From Candidatus Saccharimonadales bacterium (GTDB lineage: Bacteria; Patescibacteriota; Saccharimonadia; Saccharimonadales; EFPC-124): DNA of 64,000 nt. The translations under genes and the position numbers were made by a program. The notes under the pieces were generated by a model. That model was not told the DNA's origin and did not search any database. It worked only from the letters and a program-made list of their open reading frames with translations. The stretch spans positions 22,446-86,445 of the forward strand of contig DASTDY010000063.1 of assembly GCA_035710125.1 (NCBI GenBank), given 5' to 3'. This document shows, piece after piece, positions 18,930 through 28,680 of the stretch (its first letter is position 1; every line of letters starts with the position of its first letter).

Positions 18930-19739
18930 ATGCAGAACCACGTTGCTGAATTTACACAAACCGTGTGGGATTATTACCGCCGGCATAGCCGAAGTATGCC
19001 ATGGCGTGATTCGCCGACCCCGTATCTTGTACTTGTGTCTGAGATAATGCTGCAGCAAACGCAGGTAACTCGCGTGGTGCCAAAATTTAACAGGTTTATT
19101 AGCAAGTTCCCAACTATTAAGAGTTTGGCAGATGCACCGCTTTCAGATGTTTTGGCGCAGTGGAGTGGGCTGGGCTATAACCGGCGGGCAAAATATTTAT
19201 GGCAGGCTGCAACACAAATACAACTGCGGCACGGTGGCCAGGTTCCGTCTACCCTGCCGGAGCTTGTGGCCCTACCTGGTATTGGCGTAAATACCGCAGG
19301 AGCTATTTTAGCGTACGCCTTTGGGCAGAGCTCGGTATTTATAGAAACCAATATCCGTACAGTCATGATCCACCATTTTTTTATTGGTTCCAAAAATGCT
19401 GTGTCAGATTCGCAATTGCGACAATGTGTCAAAAATACTTTGCCCGATTCAAATATACGCGAGTGGTATTGGGCGCTCATGGACTACGGCACATACCTCA
19501 AAGCTACACAAAGTGGTAAGCTCGCCAAAGTTAAGGGGTATCGGAAACAGCCAGTTTTTAATGGATCCCTTCGTCAGGTCAGGGGCAAGGTCATAAAAGT
19601 ACTCATTGAATCACCTAAGAATGCGACATTGTTGCAAAGCATAATCGATGATCCACGACTCTCAGATGTGCTCCAGTCTTTACTAAAAGAAGGCTTTATT
19701 GTCCAAAAACAAGGCCAGTGGCATTTGACAGACCACTGA
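18930..19739 (+). CDS. HhH-GPD DNA glycosylase, MutY/Nth-like, apparently without Fe-S cluster
   Basis: LQQTQV motif, helix-hairpin-helix LPGIGVNTAGAILAYAF, WYWALMDYG. No Cx6Cx2Cx5C motif follows. I use the ATG at 18930. Confidence 0.75.
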   Translation: MQNHVAEFTQTVWDYYRRHSRSMPWRDSPTPYLVLVSEIMLQQTQVTRVVPKFNRFISKFPTIKSLADAPLSDVLAQWSGLGYNRRAKYLWQAATQIQLRHGGQVPSTLPELVALPGIGVNTAGAILAYAFGQSSVFIETNIRTVMIHHFFIGSKNAVSDSQLRQCVKNTLPDSNIREWYWALMDYGTYLKATQSGKLAKVKGYRKQPVFNGSLRQVRGKVIKVLIESPKNATLLQSIIDDPRLSDVLQSLLKEGFIVQKQGQWHLTDH

Positions 19740-19767
19740 GCGTAGCCTAGCCTAAAGTAAGACAATA

Positions 19768-20292
19768 ATGAAGAAAAAATTTGCATTCACAGTTTTAGTG
19801 CTAGTTGCGGCGCTGTTGCCGCTTTCGCTGCATGCCCAAAACAGCCTGGATCCGGCCAGGCTGCAAGCGATTCGTCAGAACTGCGCGAGTATACAGACAA
19901 TCCTAAGCCAGCAACAGAAGCGCGACCTAGTTACCCGCACTAACCGAGGCCGTGCCTACGAAGCCCAAAATAAGCAAATAGACGCCTTGCAACGCCGGTT
20001 GATCGCTAATAATATTGCATCACCCGTGCTAGATCCGCTTGTTCGCGAGTATAAAGACAGGGTAGATGCGTTCCGCCAAGCATACGTACGCTACGACGAC
20101 CACATGACAGTGATCCGCCAGGTTGACTGCCGCGAAAAACCCGACACCTTCGCAACGTTACTCGCCGAACTGAAAGTTATGCGCCAAGAAGTTGGCGTTG
20201 AGGTGGTAAAAGGCGATGAAGTACTCGCCCGCCTGCGCCAATCTTTGGTGGACCTTAAGGCAATATTGCCCGATCCGAGGAGTGAAAACTAA
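19768..20292 (+). CDS. Hypothetical secreted helical protein
   Basis: Signal peptide MKKKFAFTVLVLVAALLPLSLHA. 174 aa. The stop overlaps the next start (TAATG). Confidence 0.6.
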   Translation: MKKKFAFTVLVLVAALLPLSLHAQNSLDPARLQAIRQNCASIQTILSQQQKRDLVTRTNRGRAYEAQNKQIDALQRRLIANNIASPVLDPLVREYKDRVDAFRQAYVRYDDHMTVIRQVDCREKPDTFATLLAELKVMRQEVGVEVVKGDEVLARLRQSLVDLKAILPDPRSEN

Positions 20293-20666
20293 TGGGTATT
20301 GTGAACAGGATCCGGCAATCTGCTGTTATGCGCAAGCTGGAGCAAGCGGCGAATAAACACAAGTTATCGGCTGCTTTGGTTGTTGCCATTAGTGCCACGC
20401 TCGTTTTAACAGTAGTGAGTGTCAGCCTGTATTATGGCGGCGGGTTTTATAGGTACGACCTAAGCCGCCCAGGGTACGAAAAGGAACGCACCGAAATCTC
20501 CCGCCCTTCGCCCCAGAAAGACTACGATACAACTAGCCAGGTCACTAAAGCCACGATCGACGAATTTTTGCAGGAATTTGACGCCCGCCAAAAAGACCTA
20601 AAAGCCTATGGTGATTTTCGCGATGCCAGCCTCACAGACGAAGACTTGCAGCTCACGCAAGATTGA
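20292..20666 (+). CDS. Hypothetical single-TM protein
   Basis: 124 aa. TM LSAALVVAISATLVLTVVSVSLYY. Translationally coupled to the upstream ORF. Confidence 0.55.
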   Translation: MGIVNRIRQSAVMRKLEQAANKHKLSAALVVAISATLVLTVVSVSLYYGGGFYRYDLSRPGYEKERTEISRPSPQKDYDTTSQVTKATIDEFLQEFDARQKDLKAYGDFRDASLTDEDLQLTQD

Positions 20667-20667
20667 A

Positions 20668-21549
20668 CTATTTCTTTTTTGGTTCAGCCTTGGGTTTTTC
20701 TGGTTTTTCTTTAGCCTTGCTCTCTTTGGTAGGCTCTGCTGCTTTAAGGGAATCCCCTTTTTTGTTAAGCGCGTTTAATAGGCGGCGGCGGACTTCGCCA
20801 GTTACATTCCACTGGGCAGAGGGCTGTGTTTTGCCGGCAATCTTAACCTCGAGCGTGGTGGGCGTGAAGTTGCTAATACTCTGAAAATGCGGAGCCTCAA
20901 TAATTTTACCGCGCCATTTTTCTTCGTCTGCTATTTTAGCGCCGATTTCGTTTATGAGCTCGGCTAACTTGTCTACGTCTGTGTCGGGCGCGACCTGGAT
21001 TGCTAGGTTAAGCCGTGCAAATCCCATGGTGCGGTTAATGCTGTGGGCAATGGTGCCGTTGGGAATGTAGTGTACGCTGCCGTCGTTGTCGCGTACCACT
21101 GTTGATCGAATGGTGATTTGCTCTACGCGGCCATCTGAACCGTCTAGATTTACCACATCGCCCACGCGGTATTGGTTTTCTAAAATAATAAACAGGCCAG
21201 ACAAAAAATCTTTAATAATCGATTGCGCGCCAAAACCAAGCGCCACGCCCAGAACGCTCGCGCCAGCAAGCAGTGGTGTAAGGTCTATGCCAAAGCGTCG
21301 CAAAATAGTAAAACCAGCAACAAGCCACACTAAAACAACTAATACCGTCGAAAGCATGCTAATAAGGGTATCTTGGCGTTTTTTGACGTCTTCTTCGTTT
21401 ACGTCACCATGCGCACGGTAGCGTACGGCGCGGCGGATAATTTTGCCTACAACCATAGTGCCAAAACGCCGCGTTAAAATTGCAACCGCAATAACAATAG
21501 CGATTGGCACCCAGTTTTCATTAATCCAAGATTGTATCGATGGCCACAT
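20668..21549 (-). CDS. Small-conductance mechanosensitive channel (MscS family)
   Basis: Three N-terminal TM helices, pore helix GASVLGVALGFGAQSIIKDFLSG, a beta-domain and a Lys-rich tail. Confidence 0.85.
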   Translation of the reverse strand: MWPSIQSWINENWVPIAIVIAVAILTRRFGTMVVGKIIRRAVRYRAHGDVNEEDVKKRQDTLISMLSTVLVVLVWLVAGFTILRRFGIDLTPLLAGASVLGVALGFGAQSIIKDFLSGLFIILENQYRVGDVVNLDGSDGRVEQITIRSTVVRDNDGSVHYIPNGTIAHSINRTMGFARLNLAIQVAPDTDVDKLAELINEIGAKIADEEKWRGKIIEAPHFQSISNFTPTTLEVKIAGKTQPSAQWNVTGEVRRRLLNALNKKGDSLKAAEPTKESKAKEKPEKPKAEPKKK

Positions 21550-21569
21550 ATATCTGCTAGTATACCATT

Positions 21570-22151
21570 GTGAGACTATTTACGTCATTGGTAGATCCAG
21601 ATCTGATCCGTTGCCTAAACCAAGGGGGCGTGGTTGTGTTGCCTACAGACACGGTATATGGCGTTGTCGCCCGTGCCTCGGACCAGCGGGCGGTGGAGCG
21701 TGTATACCGTCTAAGGGGGCGCTCACCCAACAAACCGTGCATTATTTTGGTGGCTGGTCTGTGGCAAATTAAGGATACGGCTTTTTTTGACCCCCAAAGT
21801 AAGGCGCTCGCCCAAAAATATTGGCCTGGCCCACTCAGCCTAGTCATAAAGACGACAGATAAAACCCCTGAGTACTTGCATCGCGGTACCCATACTTTGG
21901 CTTACCGCACGCCAGATAATCCTGAGCTTTGCAAATTACTGGCTGCCACTGGCCCACTTATAGCGCCGAGTGCTAACATCGAGGGCATGCCAACAGCAAT
22001 AACTTTAGACCACGCTGAACATTATTTTGCCAATAAGGTAGATGGCTACGTGGATGGCGGCGAACTTGCCGACAGGGCACCGTCTACAGTGGCCACGGTG
22101 CAAGACGGCAAGCCTAGAATCCTGCGCCAAGGCGCCCTGCGGATTTTGTAA
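21570..22151 (+). CDS. tsaC: L-threonylcarbamoyladenylate synthase (TsaC/YrdC type, single domain)
   Basis: GTG start. YrdC motifs VLPTDTVYGVVARA and SANIEGMP. 193 aa. Confidence 0.85.
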   Translation: MRLFTSLVDPDLIRCLNQGGVVVLPTDTVYGVVARASDQRAVERVYRLRGRSPNKPCIILVAGLWQIKDTAFFDPQSKALAQKYWPGPLSLVIKTTDKTPEYLHRGTHTLAYRTPDNPELCKLLAATGPLIAPSANIEGMPTAITLDHAEHYFANKVDGYVDGGELADRAPSTVATVQDGKPRILRQGALRIL

Positions 22152-22177
22152 ACAGCTTGCTATACTAGTAAAAAGGA

Positions 22178-22807
22178 TTGTTGGTGGTGAACAAACGGCG
22201 CTTGCATCATTGGTTTGTGGTTCTGCGGCAGGTAAAACTGTGGCAGCTTTTGCTGGTACTAGTGTTGGCGCTCGGTGCATCGGCATTTTTTTTGCGGCAG
22301 AACAATCTTCAGATGATTGAGCTTCGCAATTTGGTAAAGAAGGCCGACGAAGAAAACAAAGACATAGACAAGTCACTGCTAGCCCTGCAGAACTTTGTGA
22401 CCTCGCACATGAACACCGACCTAGGCGATGGCATTGCCCTGCAAAACAGCTACGAACGTGCTTACACGGCGGCAGTGGAGGCCGCAGCAAACTCTACTAA
22501 CCCAAATGCCGCGCTGTATTCGCAGGCAGAGCTAGAATGCCGCCCCGTGTACCAGCGCACCCGTTCATTTCCTGCGTATACCCAGTGTGCCCATGACCGG
22601 TTGAGCCAACTTTCGCCCGGAAGCGACCCGCTTGCGGCGCTTAAAACTCCGCCGCCAGAAGCATTTAAATATAATTTTGTGTCGCCACTTTGGAGCGCTG
22701 ATCTCGCTGGTATCGCCGTTGCGCTTACTGGGGTGGTGGCGTTCTTGACCATAAGCAAAATAATAACTTACTTAATTTTACGGGCGATTTTGCGCTCGCA
22801 CAGATAA
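22178..22807 (+). CDS. Hypothetical membrane protein (N- and C-terminal TM)
   Basis: 209-aa ORF with TM helices near both ends. No family recognised. Confidence 0.5.
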   Translation: MLVVNKRRLHHWFVVLRQVKLWQLLLVLVLALGASAFFLRQNNLQMIELRNLVKKADEENKDIDKSLLALQNFVTSHMNTDLGDGIALQNSYERAYTAAVEAAANSTNPNAALYSQAELECRPVYQRTRSFPAYTQCAHDRLSQLSPGSDPLAALKTPPPEAFKYNFVSPLWSADLAGIAVALTGVVAFLTISKIITYLILRAILRSHR

Positions 22808-22827
22808 CAATCCATTATTGTTCCCTG

Positions 22828-22857
22828 TTGACAAAGGCTCACCGCAAAGCGTATGGT
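22828..22857 (+). promoter_or_regulatory. Candidate sigma70-type promoter
   Basis: TTGACA (22828-22833), 18 nt spacer, TATGGT (22852-22857), upstream of the 71-aa ORF. Confidence 0.3.
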
Positions 22858-22896
22858 GGAATCACGAAAGCCAAGTAAAAGGAGGAATTTTCTACC

Positions 22897-23112
22897 ATGG
22901 CAGCTTATTCTTACACCAACTCAAAAGGGGTACAGTACTACCTACACTCTAAAGTCGTTACCCTTCGTGGCGGCAAGCAGCAACGCATTTACTTCTTCGC
23001 TAAAGAAGAACGCCCAGAAGACGCAGCAGAGCAGCTTCCAGAGGGTTACGAAGTTGTTGAAAACCCACGCAACGCATTCTTGACTCTTAAAAAGGTGCAA
23101 AAACAAGCATAA
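22897..23112 (+). CDS. Small conserved-looking hypothetical protein (71 aa)
   Basis: AAAGGAGGA SD upstream of the ATG, terminator downstream. Sequence MAAYSYTNSKGVQYYLHSK...LPEGYEVVENPRN. Confidence 0.6.
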   Translation: MAAYSYTNSKGVQYYLHSKVVTLRGGKQQRIYFFAKEERPEDAAEQLPEGYEVVENPRNAFLTLKKVQKQA

Positions 23113-23167
23113 GCATCTTGCGCAGACACTTCCCTGAATGCTAAGCTTAAGCAAACAAACAGGGATA

Positions 23168-23206
23168 AAAAAGACCCGGCTATGTTTTACAGGCCGGGTC
23201 TTTTTG
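23168..23206 (+). terminator. Intrinsic terminator
   Basis: aagacccggc-tatgttttacag-gccgggtctt followed by a T-run. Confidence 0.7.
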
Positions 23207-23239
23207 TGCCTGTAAAACTGATGTGGTAGGATAGTCATA

Positions 23240-24004
23240 ATGGCAAAACCGCAAGACATTCTTACAGTAAAAGACCTTCGCAAAACCTACGACGGCAAAG
23301 ATGTGGTAAAAGGCATATCTTTTAGTGTTAAAAAAGGCGAGATTTTTGGTATTTTAGGGCCAAACGGCGCCGGTAAGACCACCACGCTAGAAATGATCGA
23401 AACATTGCGGCCAATCGACGGAGGCACTGCTGTGCTGTACGGCCTTGACGTGGCAGAAGAACCCCTGGCGATTAAGCGAATTATTGGCGTCCAGCCACAA
23501 ACCGCAGCGTTCCAAGATAAGACTAAGCTAAAAGAACTTATAGAAATGTTTGCCGCGGCCTACGGCGAATCGGTAAACGCTAATGAATTTTTAGCAGACG
23601 TAGACCTAACCGACAAAGCAGATAGCTATGTAGAGCACTTATCTGGCGGCCAGCGCCAACGCTTTAGCATTGCTGCTGCATTGGTACACAAGCCAAAAGT
23701 ATTTTTTATGGACGAGCCAACCACTGGTCTCGATCCGCAAGCGCGCCGTAATCTATGGGATTTAGTAAAAGACATCCGTAAAAAGGGTATCACCGTAATC
23801 CTTACCACACACTACCTAGAAGAAGCCGAAATTCTCTGCGACAGAGTCGCAATTATGGACGACGGCCGCATTATCGCCATGGATACACCCAAAAACCTAG
23901 TGAAACAACTACTAAAACGTGGCTTCAAGAAGAAACAACACGTAGAGCAAGCCAACCTAGAAGACGTGTTCATAGACCTCACCGGAAAGGAACTGCGGGA
24001 CTAA
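23240..24004 (+). CDS. ABC transporter ATP-binding protein (ABC-2/DrrA-like exporter)
   Basis: Walker A GPNGAGKTT, signature LSGGQRQR, Walker B FFMDEPTTGLD. Confidence 0.9.
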   Translation: MAKPQDILTVKDLRKTYDGKDVVKGISFSVKKGEIFGILGPNGAGKTTTLEMIETLRPIDGGTAVLYGLDVAEEPLAIKRIIGVQPQTAAFQDKTKLKELIEMFAAAYGESVNANEFLADVDLTDKADSYVEHLSGGQRQRFSIAAALVHKPKVFFMDEPTTGLDPQARRNLWDLVKDIRKKGITVILTTHYLEEAEILCDRVAIMDDGRIIAMDTPKNLVKQLLKRGFKKKQHVEQANLEDVFIDLTGKELRD

Positions 24005-24005
24005 C

Positions 24006-25112
24006 ATGCCAAAATCACTTCGTACTGTCTTAGTTTTTTCTAAAGTAAGCACGCTTAGGTTTTTCCGTGATCCGCTCGCGCTATTCTTTACTGTTGCGTT
24101 CCCGCTTATATTTTTGTTTGTGTTTGGTGGTATTTTTGGCGGCAACGGCGATGTATCGTTTAAGGTTGCTATGATCAACGAATCGAAGGCCGAATTCGCC
24201 CAAAAGTTTGTAGACGAATCCAAAACTAATAAGCTATTTAAAGTTACAGATGTCCCAACACTCGGCGACGCTAAAGAGCGTATGAACAGGGGTGAGCTAG
24301 ACGCTGCGATAATTTTGCCGCCAGATTTTGGCGAGGTAAAAGACGGCCGCAGTTACCCATCTGGCCAGGCAAAAGTAGTGTACACGCAGAACAACCAGCA
24401 GGCAGGGCAGGCGCTGGGCTCGGTTCTAGAATCAGTGTTTAAAGGCTTGAACGGCCAGTTTGTAAAGGCCGACACACCATTTACGGTAACTTCCGAACAG
24501 TCTAACGACCGCGCTTTGTCGTCCCTTGACTATACATTTACAGGGTTGCTCGGTTTTGCCGTGCTAGGCCTGGGGGTGTTTGGCCCCATGAACGTGTTTC
24601 CGGAACTCAAAAAACAAGGCGTGCTCCGCCGATTTAGCACTACGCCGCTTCGCGTATGGCAGTTCTTTTTATCTAACGTAATAACCCAGGCCATTGTGGG
24701 CATGTTTACTATGGCTGTGCTCTTTGCAGTTGCCATTGCAGCCTTTAAATTAAATGTGGTTGGGAATTATGCAGAGCTTGGGCTGTTCCTCACATTCAGT
24801 ATTATTTTGATTTTGGGGATTGGTTTGGCACTTGGAGGCTGGGCCCGCAACGAACGACAGGTTGCGCCGCTGGGTAACTTGGTGACGTTCCCAATGATGT
24901 TCCTCTCTGGCACGTTCTTCCCCCGTTTCTTAATGCCAGAGTGGTTGCAAACGGTATCGTCGCTTTTGCCGCTTACTCCAGTTATTGATGGCGTGCGCCT
25001 AATGGTCACCGAGGGCAAACACCTTATAGACCTTGGCCCACAATTAGGCATCATGGCTATCTGGCTTATTGTGATTTATGTGATTGCCTTCCGCGTTTTC
25101 CGCTGGGAGTAG
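24006..25112 (+). CDS. ABC-2 type transporter permease
   Basis: 368 aa. One N-terminal TM, a large loop and five C-terminal TMs. Starts 2 nt after the ATPase gene. Confidence 0.85.
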   Translation: MPKSLRTVLVFSKVSTLRFFRDPLALFFTVAFPLIFLFVFGGIFGGNGDVSFKVAMINESKAEFAQKFVDESKTNKLFKVTDVPTLGDAKERMNRGELDAAIILPPDFGEVKDGRSYPSGQAKVVYTQNNQQAGQALGSVLESVFKGLNGQFVKADTPFTVTSEQSNDRALSSLDYTFTGLLGFAVLGLGVFGPMNVFPELKKQGVLRRFSTTPLRVWQFFLSNVITQAIVGMFTMAVLFAVAIAAFKLNVVGNYAELGLFLTFSIILILGIGLALGGWARNERQVAPLGNLVTFPMMFLSGTFFPRFLMPEWLQTVSSLLPLTPVIDGVRLMVTEGKHLIDLGPQLGIMAIWLIVIYVIAFRVFRWE

Positions 25113-25148
25113 TACAATTAAGATGCAACACAATTACGGGGAGCATCT

Positions 25149-25730
25149 ATGACATCGATATTTAAAACTTGGGTCCTGCACAGCTTAGTCGTAACTGTTG
25201 CGCTTGGGGCGGTGTATTTTGTAAGCCATTATACGCTGAGACAATCGGCAAATGATCCGCAAATACAGTTAGCCAATGATTGGGCAGACCAAATTAACAC
25301 TGGTGCTGCGCCAACAAGTATAAACATGGGCACTTTTATTGACCCAACACATTCGCTAGCCTTATTTGGTATTGTATACGACAAAGACGGTAACATTGCC
25401 AGCAGTTCGGTGACCGCGCCAACTACCATGCTGCAACCAGATGGCGTGTTGCCCGCAGTAGAAACCGCCCCAAATAACGAGTTGCGTTTTACCTGGAAGC
25501 CAGCATCAGGGGTGCGCTTTGCAACTGTTATTAAAAAGACGTCATTCGCCGATAAGACGTACTACGTGCTCGCTGCACGAAATTTGCAAGAGGTAGACCG
25601 ACGCATTAGCTTTGTAGGTTTTATGGTGTTCTGTGTGTGGGTGGTTGGCCTGGGTTTGGTGGCTGCTGTACAGCATAGCCACAAAGCAAGCGGAGCCTTG
25701 CGCCGCGTGGTCGGCAAGCGTAAAAAGTAG
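25149..25730 (+). CDS. Hypothetical membrane-anchored protein
   Basis: 193 aa with N- and C-terminal TM helices around an ectodomain. Confidence 0.5.
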   Translation: MTSIFKTWVLHSLVVTVALGAVYFVSHYTLRQSANDPQIQLANDWADQINTGAAPTSINMGTFIDPTHSLALFGIVYDKDGNIASSSVTAPTTMLQPDGVLPAVETAPNNELRFTWKPASGVRFATVIKKTSFADKTYYVLAARNLQEVDRRISFVGFMVFCVWVVGLGLVAAVQHSHKASGALRRVVGKRKK

Positions 25731-25738
25731 TTTGCGTT

Positions 25739-27022
25739 ATGGAACATATTGTCGACCTGCATATACATTCGCGTTTTTCGCGCGCCACAAGCAAAAATAG
25801 TACGCTCGAAGGCCTGTATTTTTGGGCGAAGCTAAAAGGAATCCATATATTAGGCACAGGTGATTTTACCCACCCTGCATGGTTCCAAGAAATACGGGCT
25901 AAACTTGTGCCTGCCGAACAAGGCTTGTTCCGATTACAGCCAGACATTGCGGCAGAAATAGACAAAACGTTGCCGCCAATAGTGCGCGACCAGCCCGTTC
26001 GTTTTGTGCCCAGTGTAGAGATCGCCACAATTTATAAAAAAGGCGAACGTGTCCGTAAACTGCACCAGTTAGTCATATTGCCCAGTTTTGAATCGGTGAG
26101 TGCGCTCAATGCCCGTCTCGAACGGATTGGTAACCTCAAGGCCGATGGCCGGCCGATTTTAGGGCTAGACAGTAAAGAACTACTCCGCCATATGTTACAA
26201 GTCGACCCAGAGGGTTTATATATTCCGGCTCATATTTGGACGCCTTGGTTTGGAATGTTTGGCAGTAAATCAGGGTTCGACTCTATACAAGAGGCATTCG
26301 ATGACCTGGCGCCACATATCCGCGCCATAGAAACCGGCTTAAGCTCGGACCCCGCCATGAATAGCAAGGTTGGTAATTTAGACGGCATTGCAATGACCAG
26401 CCATTCCGATGCCCATTCGCCGCAAAAATTGGGGCGCGAGGCAACGGTGGTGCGCGCAGGCCTCGCATACAGCGATATTATTGGTGCCATTAAAACTAAT
26501 GATGACCGTTTGGTTGGGACTATTGAATTTTTCCCCGAAGAAGGCAAATACCACCTAGACGGCCACCGCGCCTGCAATGTGCGGCTGACTCCGAGCCAGA
26601 CCAAAGAAACTCAAGGGCTCTGCACTGCATGCGCTAAGCCAGTGACGGTTGGCGTAGAGCACAGGCTTGGCGAACTCGCCACCCGCAGCCAACCACAGGC
26701 CACTAAGCAGGTAGAGTATATTATCCCGCTTGCAGAGGTAATCGCCGAGCTAAAAGGTGCCAAAAGTATCACTACAAAAGCAGTCACAACTAAATACAAT
26801 GAGGTGCTTGCTCGGTTGGGGAGTGAATTTGAGGTGCTTAGAAACGTGCCAATTAATGCGATCAACGATGCTGGGTTTGCCACGCTCGCAATGGCAATAG
26901 AACGCATGCGCCGTGGCGATGTGCTGCGTGACCCAGGTTTTGACGGCATGTTTGGCACCATAAAAGTATTTAAATCTGCCAGCGAACTGCATGAGCTGCA
27001 TAACCAGCCGAGCTTGTTTTAA
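25739..27022 (+). CDS. Endonuclease Q-like PHP-domain nuclease
   Basis: N-terminus VDLHIHSRFSRATSK...KGIHILGTGDFTHPAWF matches the EndoQ PHP pattern. A Cys-containing zinc-finger-like segment HRACNV...CTACAKP is present. Confidence 0.75.
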   Translation: MEHIVDLHIHSRFSRATSKNSTLEGLYFWAKLKGIHILGTGDFTHPAWFQEIRAKLVPAEQGLFRLQPDIAAEIDKTLPPIVRDQPVRFVPSVEIATIYKKGERVRKLHQLVILPSFESVSALNARLERIGNLKADGRPILGLDSKELLRHMLQVDPEGLYIPAHIWTPWFGMFGSKSGFDSIQEAFDDLAPHIRAIETGLSSDPAMNSKVGNLDGIAMTSHSDAHSPQKLGREATVVRAGLAYSDIIGAIKTNDDRLVGTIEFFPEEGKYHLDGHRACNVRLTPSQTKETQGLCTACAKPVTVGVEHRLGELATRSQPQATKQVEYIIPLAEVIAELKGAKSITTKAVTTKYNEVLARLGSEFEVLRNVPINAINDAGFATLAMAIERMRRGDVLRDPGFDGMFGTIKVFKSASELHELHNQPSLF

Positions 27023-28680
27023 TGGCCTTATTAAACCTCCAGCAACAATTGGCGGTTGAGGCAACAGAAGGCCCTGTGGCGATCATCGCCGGCCCAGGCA
27101 CTGGTAAAACTAAGACTCTGGCGGCGCGTATCACCCACCTTGTGCAGTCGGGCAAAGCCCAGCCAAATCAAATTTTAGCCCTTACTTTTACAAAAAAAGC
27201 CGCCCAAGAAATGGCCGAGCGGATCAACCAAACCGGCGTGGTTGTGAGCACGTTCCACGCACTGTGCAGCACGTTGTTGGACAAAAATTTTACGTTCGCA
27301 ACCGAACAAGAACGCCAGCGTATCATAAAAGAACTGCCGAAACCACAGCCCTACGCGGGTAAAACAGTGCGCGAGCTGGCGCTTTTGGTGTCGCTAATAA
27401 AAAACCAGGCTGCGCAAGACGAACATGGTTTTGCCAAAGCCTACAACCATGCAATGCACGCACAAGGTTTAGTGGATTTTGACGACCTGCTAGTTATGGC
27501 CCGTGACCTTTTACTACAGGATCCAACCAAGCGGCCTGCGTTTAGCTACGTATTGGTAGACGAGTTCCAAGACACAAACGCCCTACAATACCAACTACTC
27601 AAGCTACTGCTTAGTAATGATAATATTTTTGTAATCGGCGACCCTAACCAGTCGATTTACGGTTTTAGGGGCGCGCATGGGTCGATTTTTGAATCGTTTA
27701 AAAACGATTTTGCCGCCTGCAAAGAAATAACTCTGGGCATAAACTACAGGTCTGCGCCGCAAATTGTAGCGCTGGCTAATTCAATTTTTGCAGATAGCCC
27801 GCAGCTTTCGGCATTTCGCCAAGACAGTGGCAGTGTGCGTGCAATCCAACTGTTAAACGAATATAGCGAGGCGCAGTGGGTGCTTGATTATATCCAACAG
27901 ACAATCGGTGGCGGAGATTTGCTGACCGCCAGCCACCATGAACAGCCACGCAGCTTAAAAGACATAGCTATTGTGTACCGAACGCGTCATGCAGGCAGGG
28001 TAGTGCAAAAATATATTGCCGATTCGGGCTTGCCGTTTCAGGTAGTCGGCGAGGGCTCGCCGTATGCAAAGCCAGAAGCGCAAACATTGATTGCCTTATT
28101 GCGCGCCTGTGACGGCCAAGCAGTGGCGGCGGGAGGGTGCTCACAGCACCAGGTGCAAGAACTTTTAAAGAAAGTGGATACCACCTTGGCGCCGGCAGAT
28201 CTTGCAGCAGCACTCATGGCTACATTCGGGCTAGAAAAATCCCATGACTTACTTTCTATTGTGGGCACGCTGGTTCGCTTTGCCACCCTAAAAGACGCAT
28301 TGGCGCACCTAGATTCAATCGCGGTGCAAGATTTTTACGACAGCCAAGCCGAGGCAATAACGCTACTCACAATCCATGCATCTAAGGGGTTAGAGTTTCC
28401 GGTGGTGTGCTTGGTTGGTGTAGAGGATGGCGTGTTGCCAGCTACCGGAGCCGATATGTTAGAAGAAAAACGGTTGTTTTATGTTGCCGTAACCCGTGCT
28501 AAAGACGACTTAGCAATAACATATTCGGCACACCGTACTGGCAAATCCATGCACGCATCACCCTTTATTACCGAAATTCCAACGGCTGTTTTACCTAAAC
28601 TACGCGATGCAAACTTTAAGGCAGACGCCGTACGATTGCAAAAACGCCAAGCCAAACGGGCGCAAACAAGCTTATTTTAG
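27022..28680 (+). CDS. UvrD/Rep/PcrA-family ATP-dependent DNA helicase (short, 552 aa)
   Basis: Motif I AGPGTGKT, motif II VLVDEFQDTN, YRS, TIHASKGLEFP, YVAVTRAK. The start overlaps the EndoQ-like stop (TAATG). Confidence 0.9.
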   Translation: MALLNLQQQLAVEATEGPVAIIAGPGTGKTKTLAARITHLVQSGKAQPNQILALTFTKKAAQEMAERINQTGVVVSTFHALCSTLLDKNFTFATEQERQRIIKELPKPQPYAGKTVRELALLVSLIKNQAAQDEHGFAKAYNHAMHAQGLVDFDDLLVMARDLLLQDPTKRPAFSYVLVDEFQDTNALQYQLLKLLLSNDNIFVIGDPNQSIYGFRGAHGSIFESFKNDFAACKEITLGINYRSAPQIVALANSIFADSPQLSAFRQDSGSVRAIQLLNEYSEAQWVLDYIQQTIGGGDLLTASHHEQPRSLKDIAIVYRTRHAGRVVQKYIADSGLPFQVVGEGSPYAKPEAQTLIALLRACDGQAVAAGGCSQHQVQELLKKVDTTLAPADLAAALMATFGLEKSHDLLSIVGTLVRFATLKDALAHLDSIAVQDFYDSQAEAITLLTIHASKGLEFPVVCLVGVEDGVLPATGADMLEEKRLFYVAVTRAKDDLAITYSAHRTGKSMHASPFITEIPTAVLPKLRDANFKADAVRLQKRQAKRAQTSLF

